Shown here: in pieces, positions 24,301-36,985 of the stretch
How positions within the stretch are numbered: the first letter of the stretch is position 1
Layout: every line of letters starts with the position of its first letter
NCBI RefSeq assembly: GCF_030144855.1
Contig: NC_082712.1
Location: forward strand, 96,286,001 to 96,350,000
Direction: 5' to 3'
DNA: 64,000 bases
Source of the DNA: Hypanus sabinus
Lineage: Eukaryota
The notes under the pieces: generated by a model
The model's input: only the letters and a program-made list of their open reading frames with translations
Database searches by the model: none
What the model was told of the DNA's origin: nothing
Made by a program: the position numbers and the translations under genes

Positions 24301-27300
24301 AGAGAGCTGGACTCTGTGGTCAGTGTGCTGGTCTCTGTTGTTGGTGAGCTGGACTCTGTGATCGATGTACTGGACTGTATAGTCTGTGTGGTGCCTGTGC
24401 TGGACTGCGCTGTGGCTGTGCTGGACTCTGTGCTTCGCATACTGATTACGGCAGTGTATGTGCTGTACAGAGCGGTCGGAGAGATGGACTCTGTGACCGG
24501 TGCGTTGGACACTATGGTTGCTGAGCTGGACTCTGTGGATGGTGAGCTGGTCTTCGCGGTCGACGTGCCATGCTCACTGGTCACAGTGCTGCATTCTGTG
24601 TGGTCGGTCGGTGTGCTGGATTGTATGGTCTCTGTGCTGGACTGTGTTTTCAGTGCACTGGTCTCTCTGGTCAGTACACTCAAATCGGTGGTCGGTGTGC
24701 TGGACCCTGGGTGCGGTGTGCTGGACTCTGTGGTCAGTGTGCTGGACACTGTGGTTTGCACACTGATCACTGTATTTGATGTGCTGGACTGTGCGGTCGT
24801 AGAGCTGGACTCTGTAGTTGGTGTGCTAGACTCTCTGGTCAATGTGCTGGACCCTGCAGTTGATGTGCTGGACAGCACATTTGGTGTGCTGGATTCTGTA
24901 GTCGGTGTGCTGGACCCTGGGTGCAGTGTGCTGGAGCCTGTGGTCAGTGTGCTGGTCTCTGTGGTTGGTGTGTTGGCCCCTATGGTCAGTGTGCTGGATT
25001 CTGGGTGCAGTGTGCTATACTCTGTAGTCGATGAGCTGGACTCTGTAGTTGGTGTGCTGGACTCTCTGGTCAGTGTGCTGGACCCTGCAGTCGATGTGCT
25101 GGACAGCACATTTGATGTACTGGATTCTGCAGTCGGTGTGCTGGACCCTGGGTGCAGTGTGCTGGACTCTGTGGTCGATGTGTTGGCCCCTATGGTCCGT
25201 GTGCTGGACTCTGGGTGCAGTGTGCTATACTCTATGGTTGATGTACTGGATTCTGTGGATGATGTACTGGATTCTGTAGTCGGTGTGCTGGACCCTGGGT
25301 GCGGTGTGCTGGACTCTGTGGTCAGTGTGCTGGACACTGTGGTTTGCACACTGATCACTGTATTTGATGTGCTGGACTGTGCGGTCGTAGAGCTGGACTC
25401 TGTAGTTGGTGTGCTAGACTCTCTGGTCAATGTGCTGGACCCTGCAGTTGATGTGCTGGACAGCACATTTGGTGTGCTGGATTCTGTAGTCGGTGTGCTG
25501 GACCCTGGGTGCAGTGTGCTGGAGCCTGTGGTCAGTGTGCTGGTCTCTGTGGTTGGTGTGTTGGCCCCTATGGTCAGTGTGCTGGATTCTGGGTGCAGTG
25601 TGCTATACTCTGTAGTCGATGAGCTGGACTCTGTAGTTGGTGTGCTGGACTCTCTGGTCAGTGTGCTGGACCCTGCAGTCGATGTGCTGGACAGCACATT
25701 TGATGTACTGGATTCTGCAGTCGGTGTGCTGGACCCTGGGTGCAGTGTGCTGGACTCTGTGGTCGATGTGTTGGCCCCTATGGTCCGTGTGCTGGACTCT
25801 GGGTGCAGTGTGCTATACTCTATGGTTGATGTACTGGATTCTGTGGATGATGTACTGGATTCTGTAGTCGGTGTGCTGGACCCTGGGTGCGGTGTGCTGG
25901 ACTCTGTGGTCAGTGTGCTGGACACTGTGGTTTGCACACTGATCACTGTATTGGATGTGCTGGACTGTGCGGTCGGAGAGCTGGACTCTGTAGTCGGTGT
26001 GCTGGACTCTGTGCTGAGTGTGCTGGACACTGAAGTAGATGTGCTGGACTGTGGGGTCAGAGAGCTGGACTGTGTGGTCAGTGTGCTGGTCTGTGTTGTT
26101 GGTGAGCTGGATTCTGTGGTCGATGAGCTGGACCCTATGGTTGACGTACTGGATTCTGTAGTCGGTGTGCTGGAGCCTGTGGTCAGTGTGCTGGACACTG
26201 TGGTTTGCACACTGATCACTGTATTTGATGTGCTGGACTGTGCGGTCGTAGAGCTGGTCTCTGTAGTCGGTGTGCTGGACAGCACACTTGATGAGCTGGA
26301 TTCTGTAGTCGGTGTGCTGGACCCTGGGTGCAGTGTGCTGGAGCCTGTGTTCGATGAGCTGGACACTGTGGTCAGTGTGCTGGACTCTGTGGTTGGCATA
26401 CTGATTACTGTCGTGTATGTGCTGGACAGAGCAGTCAGAGAGCTGGACTCTGTGGTCAGTGTGCTGGTCTCTGTTGTTGGTGAGCTGGACTCTGTGATCG
26501 ATGTACTGGACTGTATAGTCTGTGTGGTGCCTGTGCTGGACTGCGCTGTGGCCGTGCTGGACTCTGTGCTTCGCATACTGATTACGGCAGTGTATGTGCT
26601 GTACAGAGCGGTTGGAGAGATGGACTCTGTGACCGGTGCGTTGGACACTATGGTTGCTGAGCTGGACTCTGTGGATGGTGAGCTGGTCTTCGCGGTCGAC
26701 GTGCCGTGCTCAGTGGTCACAGTGCTGGATTCTGTGTTGTCGGTCGGTGTGCTGGATTGTGTTTTCAGTGCACTGGTCTCTCTGGTCAGTACACTCAAAT
26801 CGGTGGTCGGTGTGCTGGACCCTGGGTGCGGTGTGCTGGACTCTGTGGTCAGTGTGCTGGACACTGTGGTTTGCACACTGATCACTGTATTTGATGTGCT
26901 GGACTGTGCGGTCGTAGAGCTGGACTCTGTAGTTGGTGTGCTAGACTCTCTGGTCAGTGTGCTGGACCCTGCAGTCGATGTGCTGGACAGCACATTTGAT
27001 GTACTGGATTCTGCAGTCGGTGAACTGGACTCTGTGGTCATTGTGTTGGACCCTATGGTCAGGGTGCTGGACCCTGTGGTCAGTGTGCTGGTCTCTGTGG
27101 TTGGTGTGTTGGCCCCTATGGTCGGTGTGCTGGACTCTGGGTGCAGTGTGCTATACTCTGTGGTTGATGAGCTGGACTCTGTAGTTGGTGTGCTGGACTC
27201 TCTGGTCAGTGTGCTGGACCCTGCAGTCGATGTGCTGGACAGCACATTTGATGTACTGGATTCTGCAGTCGGTGAACTGGACTCTGTGGTCATTGTGTTG

Positions 27301-30300
27301 GACCCTATGGTCAGGGTGCTGGACCCTGTGGTCAGGGTGCTGGACCCTGTGGTCAGTGTGCTGGACCCTGTGGTCAGGGTGCTGGACCCTGTGGTCAGGG
27401 TGCTGGACCCTGTGGTCAGGGTGCTGGACTCTGTTGTCGATGTGTTGAACCCTATGGTCGGTGTGCTGGATTCTGGGTGCAGTGTGCTATACTCTGTGGT
27501 TGATGAGCTGGACTCTGTAGTTGGTGTGCTGGACTCTCTGGTCAATGTGCTGGACCCTGCAGTCGATGTGCTGGACAGCACATTTGATGTACTGGACTCT
27601 GTTGTCGATGTGTTGTACCCTATGGTCGGTATGCTGGACCCTGTGGTCAGGGTGCTGGACTCTGTGGTCGGTATGCTGGACCCTGTTGTCAGGGTGCTGG
27701 TCTCTGTTGTCAATGTGTTGGCCCCTGTAGTCCGTGTGCTGGACTCTGGGTGCAGTGTTCTACACTCTGTGGTTGATGTACTGGACCCTGTGGTTGATGT
27801 ACTGGATTCTGTAGTTGGTGTGCTGGATCCTGGGTGTGCTGTGCTGGACTCTGTGGTTTGCACACTGATCACTGTATTGGATGTGCTGGACTGTGCGGTC
27901 GGAGAGCTGGACTCTGTAGTTGATGTGCTGGACTCTGTGGTGAGTGTGCTGGACACTGAAGTAGATGTGCTGGACTGTGGGGTCAGAGAGCTGGACTCTG
28001 TGGTTGACGTACTGGATTCTGTAGTTGGTGTGCTGGAGCCTGTGGTCAGTGTGCTGGACACTGTGTTTTGCACACTGATCACTGTATTTGATGTGCTGGA
28101 CTGTGCGGTCGTAGAGCTGGACTCTGTAGTCGGTGTGCTGGACCCTGGGTGCGGTATACTGGACTCTGTGGTCATTGTGTTGGACCCTATGGTCGGTATG
28201 CTGGACACTGTGGTTGATGTGCTGGACTCTGTGGTCTGTGTGCTGGTCTCTGTTGTCGGTGAACTGAACTCTGTGGTCGTTGTGCTGGACTTTGTGGTCG
28301 ATGTACTGGACTGTATAGTCTGTGTGGTAGGTGTGCTGGACTGTGTGGCCGTAGAGCTGGACTCTGTGGTTGATGTACTGGATTCTGTAGTCGGTGTGCT
28401 GGACCCTGGGTGCGGTGTGCTGGACTCTGTTGTCGATGTGTTGGACCCTATGGTCGGTATGCTGGACCCTGTGGTTGGTGTGCTGGACTCTGTGGTCGGT
28501 GTGCTGGACCCTGTGGTTGGTGTGCTGGACTCTGTGGTTGGTGTGCTGGACCCTGTAGTTGGTGTGCTGGACCCTGTGGTTGGTGTGCTGGACTCTGTGG
28601 TCGGTGTGCTGGAGCCTGTGGTCAGTGTGCTGGTCTCTGTGGTCGATGTGTTGGCCCCTGTGGTCGGTGTGCTGGACTCTGGGTGCAGTGTGCTATACTC
28701 TGTGGTTGATGTGCTGGACCCTGTGGTTGATGTACTGGATTCTGTACTCAGTGTGCTGGACCCTGGGTGCAGTGTGCTGGAGCCTGTGTTCGATGAGCTG
28801 GACACTGTGGTCAGTGTGCTGGACTCTGTGGTTGGCATACTGATTACTGTCGTGTATGTGCTGGACAGAGCAGTCAGAGAGCTGGACTCTGTGGTCAGTG
28901 TGCTGGTCTCTGTTGTTGGTGAGCTGGACTCTGTGATCGATGTACTGGACTGTATAGTCTGTGTGGTGCCTGTGCTGGACTGCGCTGTGGCCGTGCTGGA
29001 CTCTGTGCTTCGCATACTGATTACGGCAGTGTATGTGCTGTACAGAGCGGTCGGAGAGATGGACTCTGTGACCGGTGCGTTGGACACTATGGTTGCTGAG
29101 CTGGACTCTGTGGATGGTGAGCTGGTCTTCGCGGTCGACGTGCCGTGCTCAGTGGTCACAGTGCTGGATTCTGTGTGGTCGGTCGGTGTGCTGGATTGTA
29201 TGGTCTCTGTGCTGGACTGTGTTTTCAGTGCACTGGTCTCTCTGGTCAGTACACTCAAATCGGTGGTCGGTGTGCTGGAACCTGGGTGCGGTGTGCTGGA
29301 CTCTGTGGTCAGTGTGCTGGACACTGTGGTTTGCACACTGATCACTGTATTTGATGTGCTGGACTGTGCGGTCGTAGAGATGGACTCTGTAGTTGGTGTG
29401 CTAGACTCTCTGGTCCATGTGCTGGACCCTGCAGTTGATGTGCTGGACAGCACATTTGGTGTGCTGGATTCTGTAGTCGGTGTGCTGGACCCTGGGTGCG
29501 GTGTACTGGAGCCTGTGGTCAGTGTGCTGGACTCTGTTGTCGATGTGTTGGCCCCTATGGTCGGTGTGCTGGACTCTGGGTGCAGTGTGCTATACTCTGT
29601 AGTCAATGAGCTGGACTCTGTAGTTGGTGTGCTGGACTCTCTGGTCAGTGTGCTGGACCCTGCAGTCGATGTGCTGGACAGCACATTTGATGTGCTGGAT
29701 TCTGTAGTCGGTGTACTGGACTCTGTGGTCATTGTGTTGGACCCTATGGTCGGTGTACTGGACTCTGTGGTTGGTGTGCTGGACTCTGTTGTTGATGTGT
29801 TGGACCCTATGGTCGGTATGCTGGACTCTGTGGTTGGTGTGCTGGACTCTGTGGTTGGTGTGCTGGAGCCTGTGGTCAGTGTGCTGGTCTCTGGGTGCAG
29901 TGTGCTATACTCTGTAGTCAATGAGCTGGACTCTGTAGTTGGTGTGCTGGACTCTCTGGTCAGTGTGCTGGACCCTGCAGTCGATGTGCTGGACAGCACA
30001 TTTGATGTACTGGACTCTGTTGTCGATGTGTTGGACCCTATGGTCGGTGTGCTGGACTCTGTGGTTGGTGTACTGGTCTGTGTGGTCGGTGTGCTGGACC
30101 CTGTGGTCAAGGTGCTGGACTCTGTGGTCGATGTGTTGGCCCCTGTGGTCGGTGTGCTGGACTCTGGGTGCAGTGTGCTATACTCTGTGGTTGATGTACT
30201 GGACCCTGTGGTTGATGTACTGGATTCTGTAGTTGGTGTGCTGGACCCTGGGTGTGGTGTGCTGGAGCCTGTGGTCAGTGTGCTGGACACTGTGGTTTGC

Positions 30301-33300
30301 ACACTGATCACTGTATTTGATGTGCTGGACTGTGCGGTCGGAGAGCTGGACTCTGTAGTTGGTGTGCTAGACTCTCTGGTCAATGTGCTGGACCCTGCAG
30401 TCGATGTGCTGGACAGCACATTTGATGTACTGGACTCTGTTGTCGATGTGTTGGACCCTATGGTCGGTATGCTGGATCCTGTGGTCAGGGTGCTGGACTC
30501 TGTGGTCGATGTGTTGGCCCCTGTGGTCCGTGTGCTGGACTCTGGGTGCAGTGTTCTATACTCTGTGGTTGATGTACTGGACCCTGGTGATGATGTACTG
30601 GATTCTGTAGTTGGTGTGCTGGACCCTGGGTGCGGTGTGCTGGACTCTGTGGTTTGCACACTGATCACTGTATTGGATGTGCTGGACTGTGCGGTCGTAG
30701 AGCTGGACTCTGTAGTCGGTGTGCTGGACAGCACACTTGATGTGCTGGATTCTGTAGTCGGTGTGCTGGACCCTGGGTGCGGTGTACTGGACTCTGTGGT
30801 CAGTGTGCTGGTCTCTGTGGTTGGTGTGTTGGACTCTGTGGTCAGTGTGCTGGTCTCTGTTGTCGGTGAACTGGACTCTGTGGTCATTGTGCTGGACTTT
30901 GTGGTCGATGTACTGGACTGTATAGTCTGTGTGGTAGGTGTGCTGGACCCTGTGGTCGATGAGCTGGACTCTGTGGTGAGTGTGCTGGACCCTGCAGTCG
31001 ATGTGCTGGATTCTGGGTGCAGTGTGCTATACTCTGTGGTTGATGAGCTGGACTCTGTAGTTGGTGTGCTGGACTCTCTGGTCAGTGTGCTGGACCCTGC
31101 AGTCAATGTGCTGGACAGCACATTTGATGTACTGGATTCTGCAGTCGGTGTGCTGGACCCTGGGTGCAGTGTGCTGGACTCTGTTGTCGATGTGTTGGCC
31201 CCTATGGTCCGTGTGCTGGACTCTGGGTGCAGTGTGCTATACTCTGTGGTTGATGTACTGGACCCTGTGGTTGATGTACTGGATTCTGTGGATGATGTAC
31301 TGGATTCTGTAGTTGGTGTGCTGGACCCTGGGTGTGGTGTGCTGGAGCCTGTGGTCAGTGTGCTGGACACTGTGGTTTGCACACTGATCACTATATTTGA
31401 TGTGCTGGACTGTGCGGTCGGAGAGCTGGACTCTGTAGTTGGTGTGCTAGACTCTCTGGTCAATGTGCTGGACCCTGCAGTCGATGTGCTGGACAGCACA
31501 TTTGATGTACTGGACTCTGTTGTCGATGTGTTGGACCCTATGGTCGGTATGCTGGATCCTGTGGTCAGGGTGCTGGACTCTGTGGTCGATGTGTTGGCCC
31601 CTGTGGTCCGTGTGCTGGACTCTGGGTGCAGTGTTCTATACTCTGTGGTTGATGTACTGGACCCTGGTGATGATGTACTGGATTCTGTAGTTGGTGTGCT
31701 GGACCCTGGGTGTGGTGTGCTGGACTCTGTGGTTGGTGTACTGGTCTGTGTGGTCGGTGTGCTGGACCCTGTGGTCAAGGTGCTGGACTCTGTGGTCGAT
31801 GTGTTGGCCCCTGTGGTCGGTGTGCTGGACTCTGGGTGCAGTGTGCTATACTCTGTGGTTGATGTACTGGACCCTGTGGTTGATGTACTGGATTCTGTAG
31901 TTGGTGTGCTGGACCCTGGGTGTGGTGTGCTGGAGCCTGTGGTCAGTGTGCTGGACACTGTGGTTTGCACACTGATCACTGTATTTGATGTGCTGGACTG
32001 TGCGGTCGGAGAGCTGGACTCTGTAGTTGGTGTGCTAGACTCTCTGGTCAATGTGCTGGACCCTGCAGTCGATGTGCTGGACAGCACATTTGATGTACTG
32101 GACTCTGTTGTCGATGTGTTGGACCCTATGGTCGGTATGCTGGATCCTGTGGTCAGGGTGCTGGACTCTGTGGTCGATGTGTTGGCCCCTGTGGTCCGTG
32201 TGCTGGACTCTGGGTGCAGTGTTCTATACTCTGTGGTTGATGTACTGGACCCTGGTGATGATGTACTGGATTCTGTAGTTGGTGTGCTGGACCCTGGGTG
32301 CGGTGTGCTGGACTCTGTGGTTTGCACACTGATCACTGTATTGGATGTGCTGGACTGTGCGGTCGTAGAGCTGGACTCTGTAGTCGGTGTGCTGGACAGC
32401 ACACTTGATGTGCTGGATTCTGTAGTCGGTGTGCTGGACCCTGGGTGCGGTGTACTGGACTCTGTGGTCAGTGTGCTGGTCTCTGTGGTTGGTGTGTTGG
32501 ACTCTGTGGTCAGTGTGCTGGTCTCTGTTGTCGGTGAACTGGACTCTGTGGTCATTGTGCTGGACTTTGTGGTCGATGTACTGGACTGTATAGTCTGTGT
32601 GGTAGGTGTGCTGGACCCTGTGGTCGATGAGCTGGACTCTGTGGTGAGTGTGCTGGACCCTGCAGTCGATGTGCTGGATTCTGGGTGCAGTGTGCTATAC
32701 TCTGTGGTTGATGAGCTGGACTCTGTAGTTGGTGTGCTGGACTCTCTGGTCAGTGTGCTGGACCCTGCAGTCAATGTGCTGGACAGCACATTTGATGTAC
32801 TGGATTCTGCAGTCGGTGTGCTGGACCCTGGGTGCAGTGTGCTGGACTCTGTTGTCGATGTGTTGGCCCCTATGGTCCGTGTGCTGGACTCTGGGTGCAG
32901 TGTGCTATACTCTGTGGTTGATGTACTGGACCCTGTGGTTGATGTACTGGATTCTGTGGATGATGTACTGGATTCTGTAGTTGGTGTGCTGGACCCTGGG
33001 TGTGGTGTGCTGGAGCCTGTGGTCAGTGTGCTGGACACTGTGGTTTGCACACTGATCACTATATTTGATGTGCTGGACTGTGCGGTCGGAGAGCTGGACT
33101 CTGTAGTTGGTGTGCTAGACTCTCTGGTCAATGTGCTGGACCCTGCAGTCGATGTGCTGGACAGCACATTTGATGTACTGGACTCTGTTGTCGATGTGTT
33201 GGACCCTATGGTCGGTATGCTGGATCCTGTGGTCAGGGTGCTGGACTCTGTGGTCGATGTGTTGGCCCCTGTGGTCCGTGTGCTGGACTCTGGGTGCAGT

Positions 33301-36300
33301 GTTCTATACTCTGTGGTTGATGTACTGGACCCTGGTGATGATGTACTGGATTCTGTAGTTGGTGTGCTGGACCCTGGGTGTGGTGTGCTGGACTCTGTGG
33401 TTGGTGTACTGGTCTGTGTGGTCGGTGTGCTGGACCCTGTGGTCAAGGTGCTGGACTCTGTGGTCGATGTGTTGGCCCCTGTGGTCGGTGTGCTGGACTC
33501 TGGGTGCAGTGTGCTATACTCTGTGGTTGATGTACTGGACCCTGTGGTTGATGTACTGGATTCTGTAGTTGGTGTGCTGGACCCTGGGTGTGGTGTGCTG
33601 GAGCCTGTGGTCAGTGTGCTGGACACTGTGGTTTGCACACTGATCACTGTATTTGATGTGCTGGACTGTGCGGTCGGAGAGCTGGACTCTGTAGTTGGTG
33701 TGCTAGACTCTCTGGTCAATGTGCTGGACCCTGCAGTCGATGTGCTGGACAGCACATTTGATGTACTGGACTCTGTTGTCGATGTGTTGGACCCTATGGT
33801 CGGTATGCTGGATCCTGTGGTCAGGGTGCTGGACTCTGTGGTCGATGTGTTGGCCCCTGTGGTCCGTGTGCTGGACTCTGGGTGCAGTGTTCTATACTCT
33901 GTGGTTGATGTACTGGACCCTGGTGATGATGTACTGGATTCTGTAGTTGGTGTGCTGGACCCTGGGTGCGGTGTGCTGGACTCTGTGGTTTGCACACTGA
34001 TCACTGTATTGGATGTGCTGGACTGTGCGGTCGTAGAGCTGGACTCTGTAGTCGGTGTGCTGGACCCTGGGTGCGGTGTACTGGACTCTGTGGTCAGTGT
34101 GCTGGTCTCTGTGGTTGGTGTGTTGGACTCTGTGGTCAGTGTGCTGGTCTCTGTTGTCGGTGAACTGGACTCTGTGGTCATTGTGCTGGACTTTGTGGTC
34201 GATGTACTGGACTGTATAGTCTGTGTGGTAGGTGTGCTGGACTGTGTGGTCGTAGAGCTGGACTCTGTGGTTGATGTACTGGATTCTGTAGTCGGTGTGC
34301 TGGACCCTGGGTGTGGTGTGCTGGAGCCTGTGGTCAGTGTGCTGGACTCTGTGGGTGGCACACTGATCACTGTATTCGATGTGCTGGACTGTGGGGTCGG
34401 AGAGCTGGACTCTGTGGATGGTGAGCTGGTCTTCGCGGTTGACGTGCCGTGCTCAGTGGTCACAGTGCTGCATTCTGTGTGGTCGGTCGGTGTGCTGGAT
34501 TGTATGGTCTCTGTGCTGGACTGTGTTTTCAGTGCACTGGTCTCTCTGGTCAGTACACTCAAATCGGTGGTCGGTGTGCTGGACCCTGTGTGTGGTGTGC
34601 TGGAGCCTGCGGTCGCTGTGCTGGACTTTGTTGTTGGTGAGCTGGATTCTGTGGTCGATGAGCTGGACCCTGTGGTCGATGAGCTGGACTCTGTGGTGAG
34701 TGTGCTGGACCCTGCAGTCGATGTGCTGGATTCTGGGTGCAGTGTGCTATACTCTGTGGTTGATGAGCTGGACTCTGTAGTTGGTGTGCTGGACTCTCTG
34801 GTCAGTGTGCTGGACCCTGCAGTCAATGTGCTGGACAGCACATTTGATGTACTGGATTCTGCAGTCGGTGTGCTGGACCCTGGGTGCAGTGTGCTGGACT
34901 CTGTTGTCGATGTGTTGGCCCCTATGGTCCGTGTGCTGGACTCTGGGTGCAGTGCGCTATACTCTGTGGTTGATGTACTGGACCCTGTGGTTGATGTACT
35001 GGATTCTGTGGATGATGTACTGGATTCTGTAGTTGGTGTGCTGGACCCTGGGTGTGGTGTGCTGGAGCCTGTGGTCAGTGTGCTGGACACTGTGGTTTGC
35101 ACACTGATCACTATATTTGATGTGCTGGACTGTGCGGTCGGAGAGCTGGACTCTGTAGTTGGTGTGCTAGACTCTCTGGTCAGTGTGCTGGACCCTGCAG
35201 TCGATGTGCTGGACAGCACATTTGATGTGCTGGATTCTGCAGTTGCTGTGCTGGACCCTGGGTGCGGTGTGCTGGACTCCGTTGTCGATGTGTTGAAATC
35301 TATGGTCGGTATGCTGGACCCTGTGGTCAGTGTGCTGGTCTTTGTTGTTGGTGAGCTGGATTCTGTGGTCGATGAGCTGGACCCTATGGTCGTTATGCTG
35401 GACCCTGTGGTTGACGTACTGGATTCTGTAGTCGGTGTGCTGGACCCTGGGTGCGGTGTTCTGAACTCTGTGGTCATTGTGTTGGACCCTATGGTCGGTA
35501 TGCTGGACTCTGTGGTTGATGTGCTGGACTCTGTGGTCGTTGTGCTGGACTGTATAGTCTGTGTGGTGGGTGTGCTGCACTGTGTGGTCATAGAGCTGGA
35601 TTCTGTAGTTGGTGTGCTGGACCCTGGGTGCGGTGAGCTGGATTCTGTAGTTGGTGTGCTGGACCCTGGGTGCGGTGTGCTGGATTCTGTAGTCGGTGTG
35701 CTGGACCCTGGGTGTGGTGAGCTGGATTCTGTAGTTGGTGTGCTGGATCCTGGGTGTGGTGTGCTGGACTCTGTGGTTTGGACACTGATCACTGTATTCG
35801 ATGTGCTGGACTGTGCGGTCATAGGGCTGGACTCTGTGGTGAGTGTGCTGGACACTGAAGTAGATGTGCTGGACTGTGGGGTCAGAGAGCTGGACTGTGT
35901 GGTCAGTGTGCTGGTCTGTGTTGTTGGTGAGCTGGATTCTGTGGTCGATGAGCTAGACACTGTATTCGGAGTGCTGGAGTCTGTGGTTGGTGTGCTGGAC
36001 CCTGCAGTCGGTGTGCTAAACAGTGCATTTGATGTGCTGGATTCTGTAATCGGTGAGCTGGACCGTGTGATCAGTGAGCTGGATGCTGCAGTCAGTGTGT
36101 TGGACTCTTTTGTCTGTGTGTTGGAGTTTGTGGTTGGTGTGCTGGACTCTGTGGTTGGCATACTGATTACTGTTGTGTATGTGCTGGACAGAGCGGTCGA
36201 TGTGCTGGAGCCTGTGGTCAGTGTGCTGGACTCTCTGGTTGGTGAGCTCAAATCAGTGGTTGGTGCGCTGGACTCTGTGGTGGTCATTGTGCTGGATTCT

Positions 36301-36550
36301 GCAGTTGTTATGCTGTACTGTGCAGTTGATGTGCTAGATTGAGTGATTGGTGTGCTGGATTGTGTGTTTGGTGTGCTGGACCCTGTGGTCACTGAGCTGG
36401 ATTCTGTGGTCACTGAGCTGGATTCTGTGGTCAGAGTGCTGGATTCTGTGGTCACTGGGCTGGATTCTGTGGTCGGAGTGCTGGAGTCTGTGGTTGATGT
36501 TCTGGACTCTGTGGTTGATGTTCTGGACTCTGTGGTCGGTGTGCTGGGCC
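21320..36550 (-). CDS. Mucin PTS exon C (15,231 nt, 5077 codons; 7-aa TTESSTP-type repeats with recurrent N-T-S sequons)
   Basis: Track ORF 21309..36623 is open for 15 kb. Acceptor ...attgaccacag|G at 36551-36553 and donor CCAG|gtaatt at 21319. Phase 1-1. Confidence 0.85.
24680..25950. repeat. 588-bp (196-aa) higher-order tandem repeat within exon C, about 2 copies
   Basis: Identical shadow ORFs at 25049 and 25637. Confidence 0.8.
30050..34050. repeat. 1668-bp (556-aa) higher-order tandem repeat within exon C, about 2.4 copies
   Basis: Identical shadow ORFs recur at 30383/32051/33719, 31061/32729 and 31463/33131 (period 1668). Confidence 0.85.
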
Positions 36551-36556
36551 CTGTGG

Positions 36557-36985
36557 TCAATAGAAACATAGAAAACTTACAGCACAATACAGGCCCTTCA
36601 GCCCACAAAGTTGCACCAAACATGTCCCTACCTTAGAAATTACTGGGCTTATGCATAGCCCTCTAATTTTCTGCACCATGTACCTATCCAAAAGTCTCTT
36701 AAAACACCCTATCATATCCGCCTCCACCATCATTGCCAGCAGCCCATTCCGCACACTCACCACTCTCTGAGTAAAAAACTTGCCCCTGGCATCTCCTCTG
36801 TACCTACTCCCCAGCACCTTAAGTGTGTGTCCTCTTGTGGAAACCATTTCAACCCTGGGAAAAAAGCCTCTGACTATCCACACAATCAATGCCTCTCATC
36901 ATCTTGTACACCTCTATCAGGTCACCTCTCATCCTTCATCACTCCAAGGAGAAAAGGCCGAGTTCACTCAAACATTTTTCATAAG
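36557..36985 (-). mobile_element. CR1 LINE 3' fragment inserted in mucin repeats, copy 1
   Basis: Encodes the CR1 ORF2 C-terminus (FFPRVE..TRGH.LKV...FFTQRVV) plus a 3'UTR gggctgaagggcctgt ending in ttctatgtttcta. Confidence 0.85.

Noticed and set aside
21334-36342. 5002-aa plus-strand Val/Leu/Asp ORF (also 42265..47220, 47221..52275, 52755..54536, 58375..59049)
   Set aside because: Antisense shadow of Thr/Ser codons. Stops in this frame need rare sense codon pairs. Splice sites, signal peptide and EGF exon all support the minus strand.
36551-36623. MFGATLWAEGPVLCCKFSMFLL as a signal peptide of stand-alone single-exon mucins (also 52526-52598)
   Set aside because: This sequence is the CR1 3'UTR. 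A phase-compatible acceptor and a better upstream signal exon explain the ORFs. An internal start cannot be fully excluded without RNA data.
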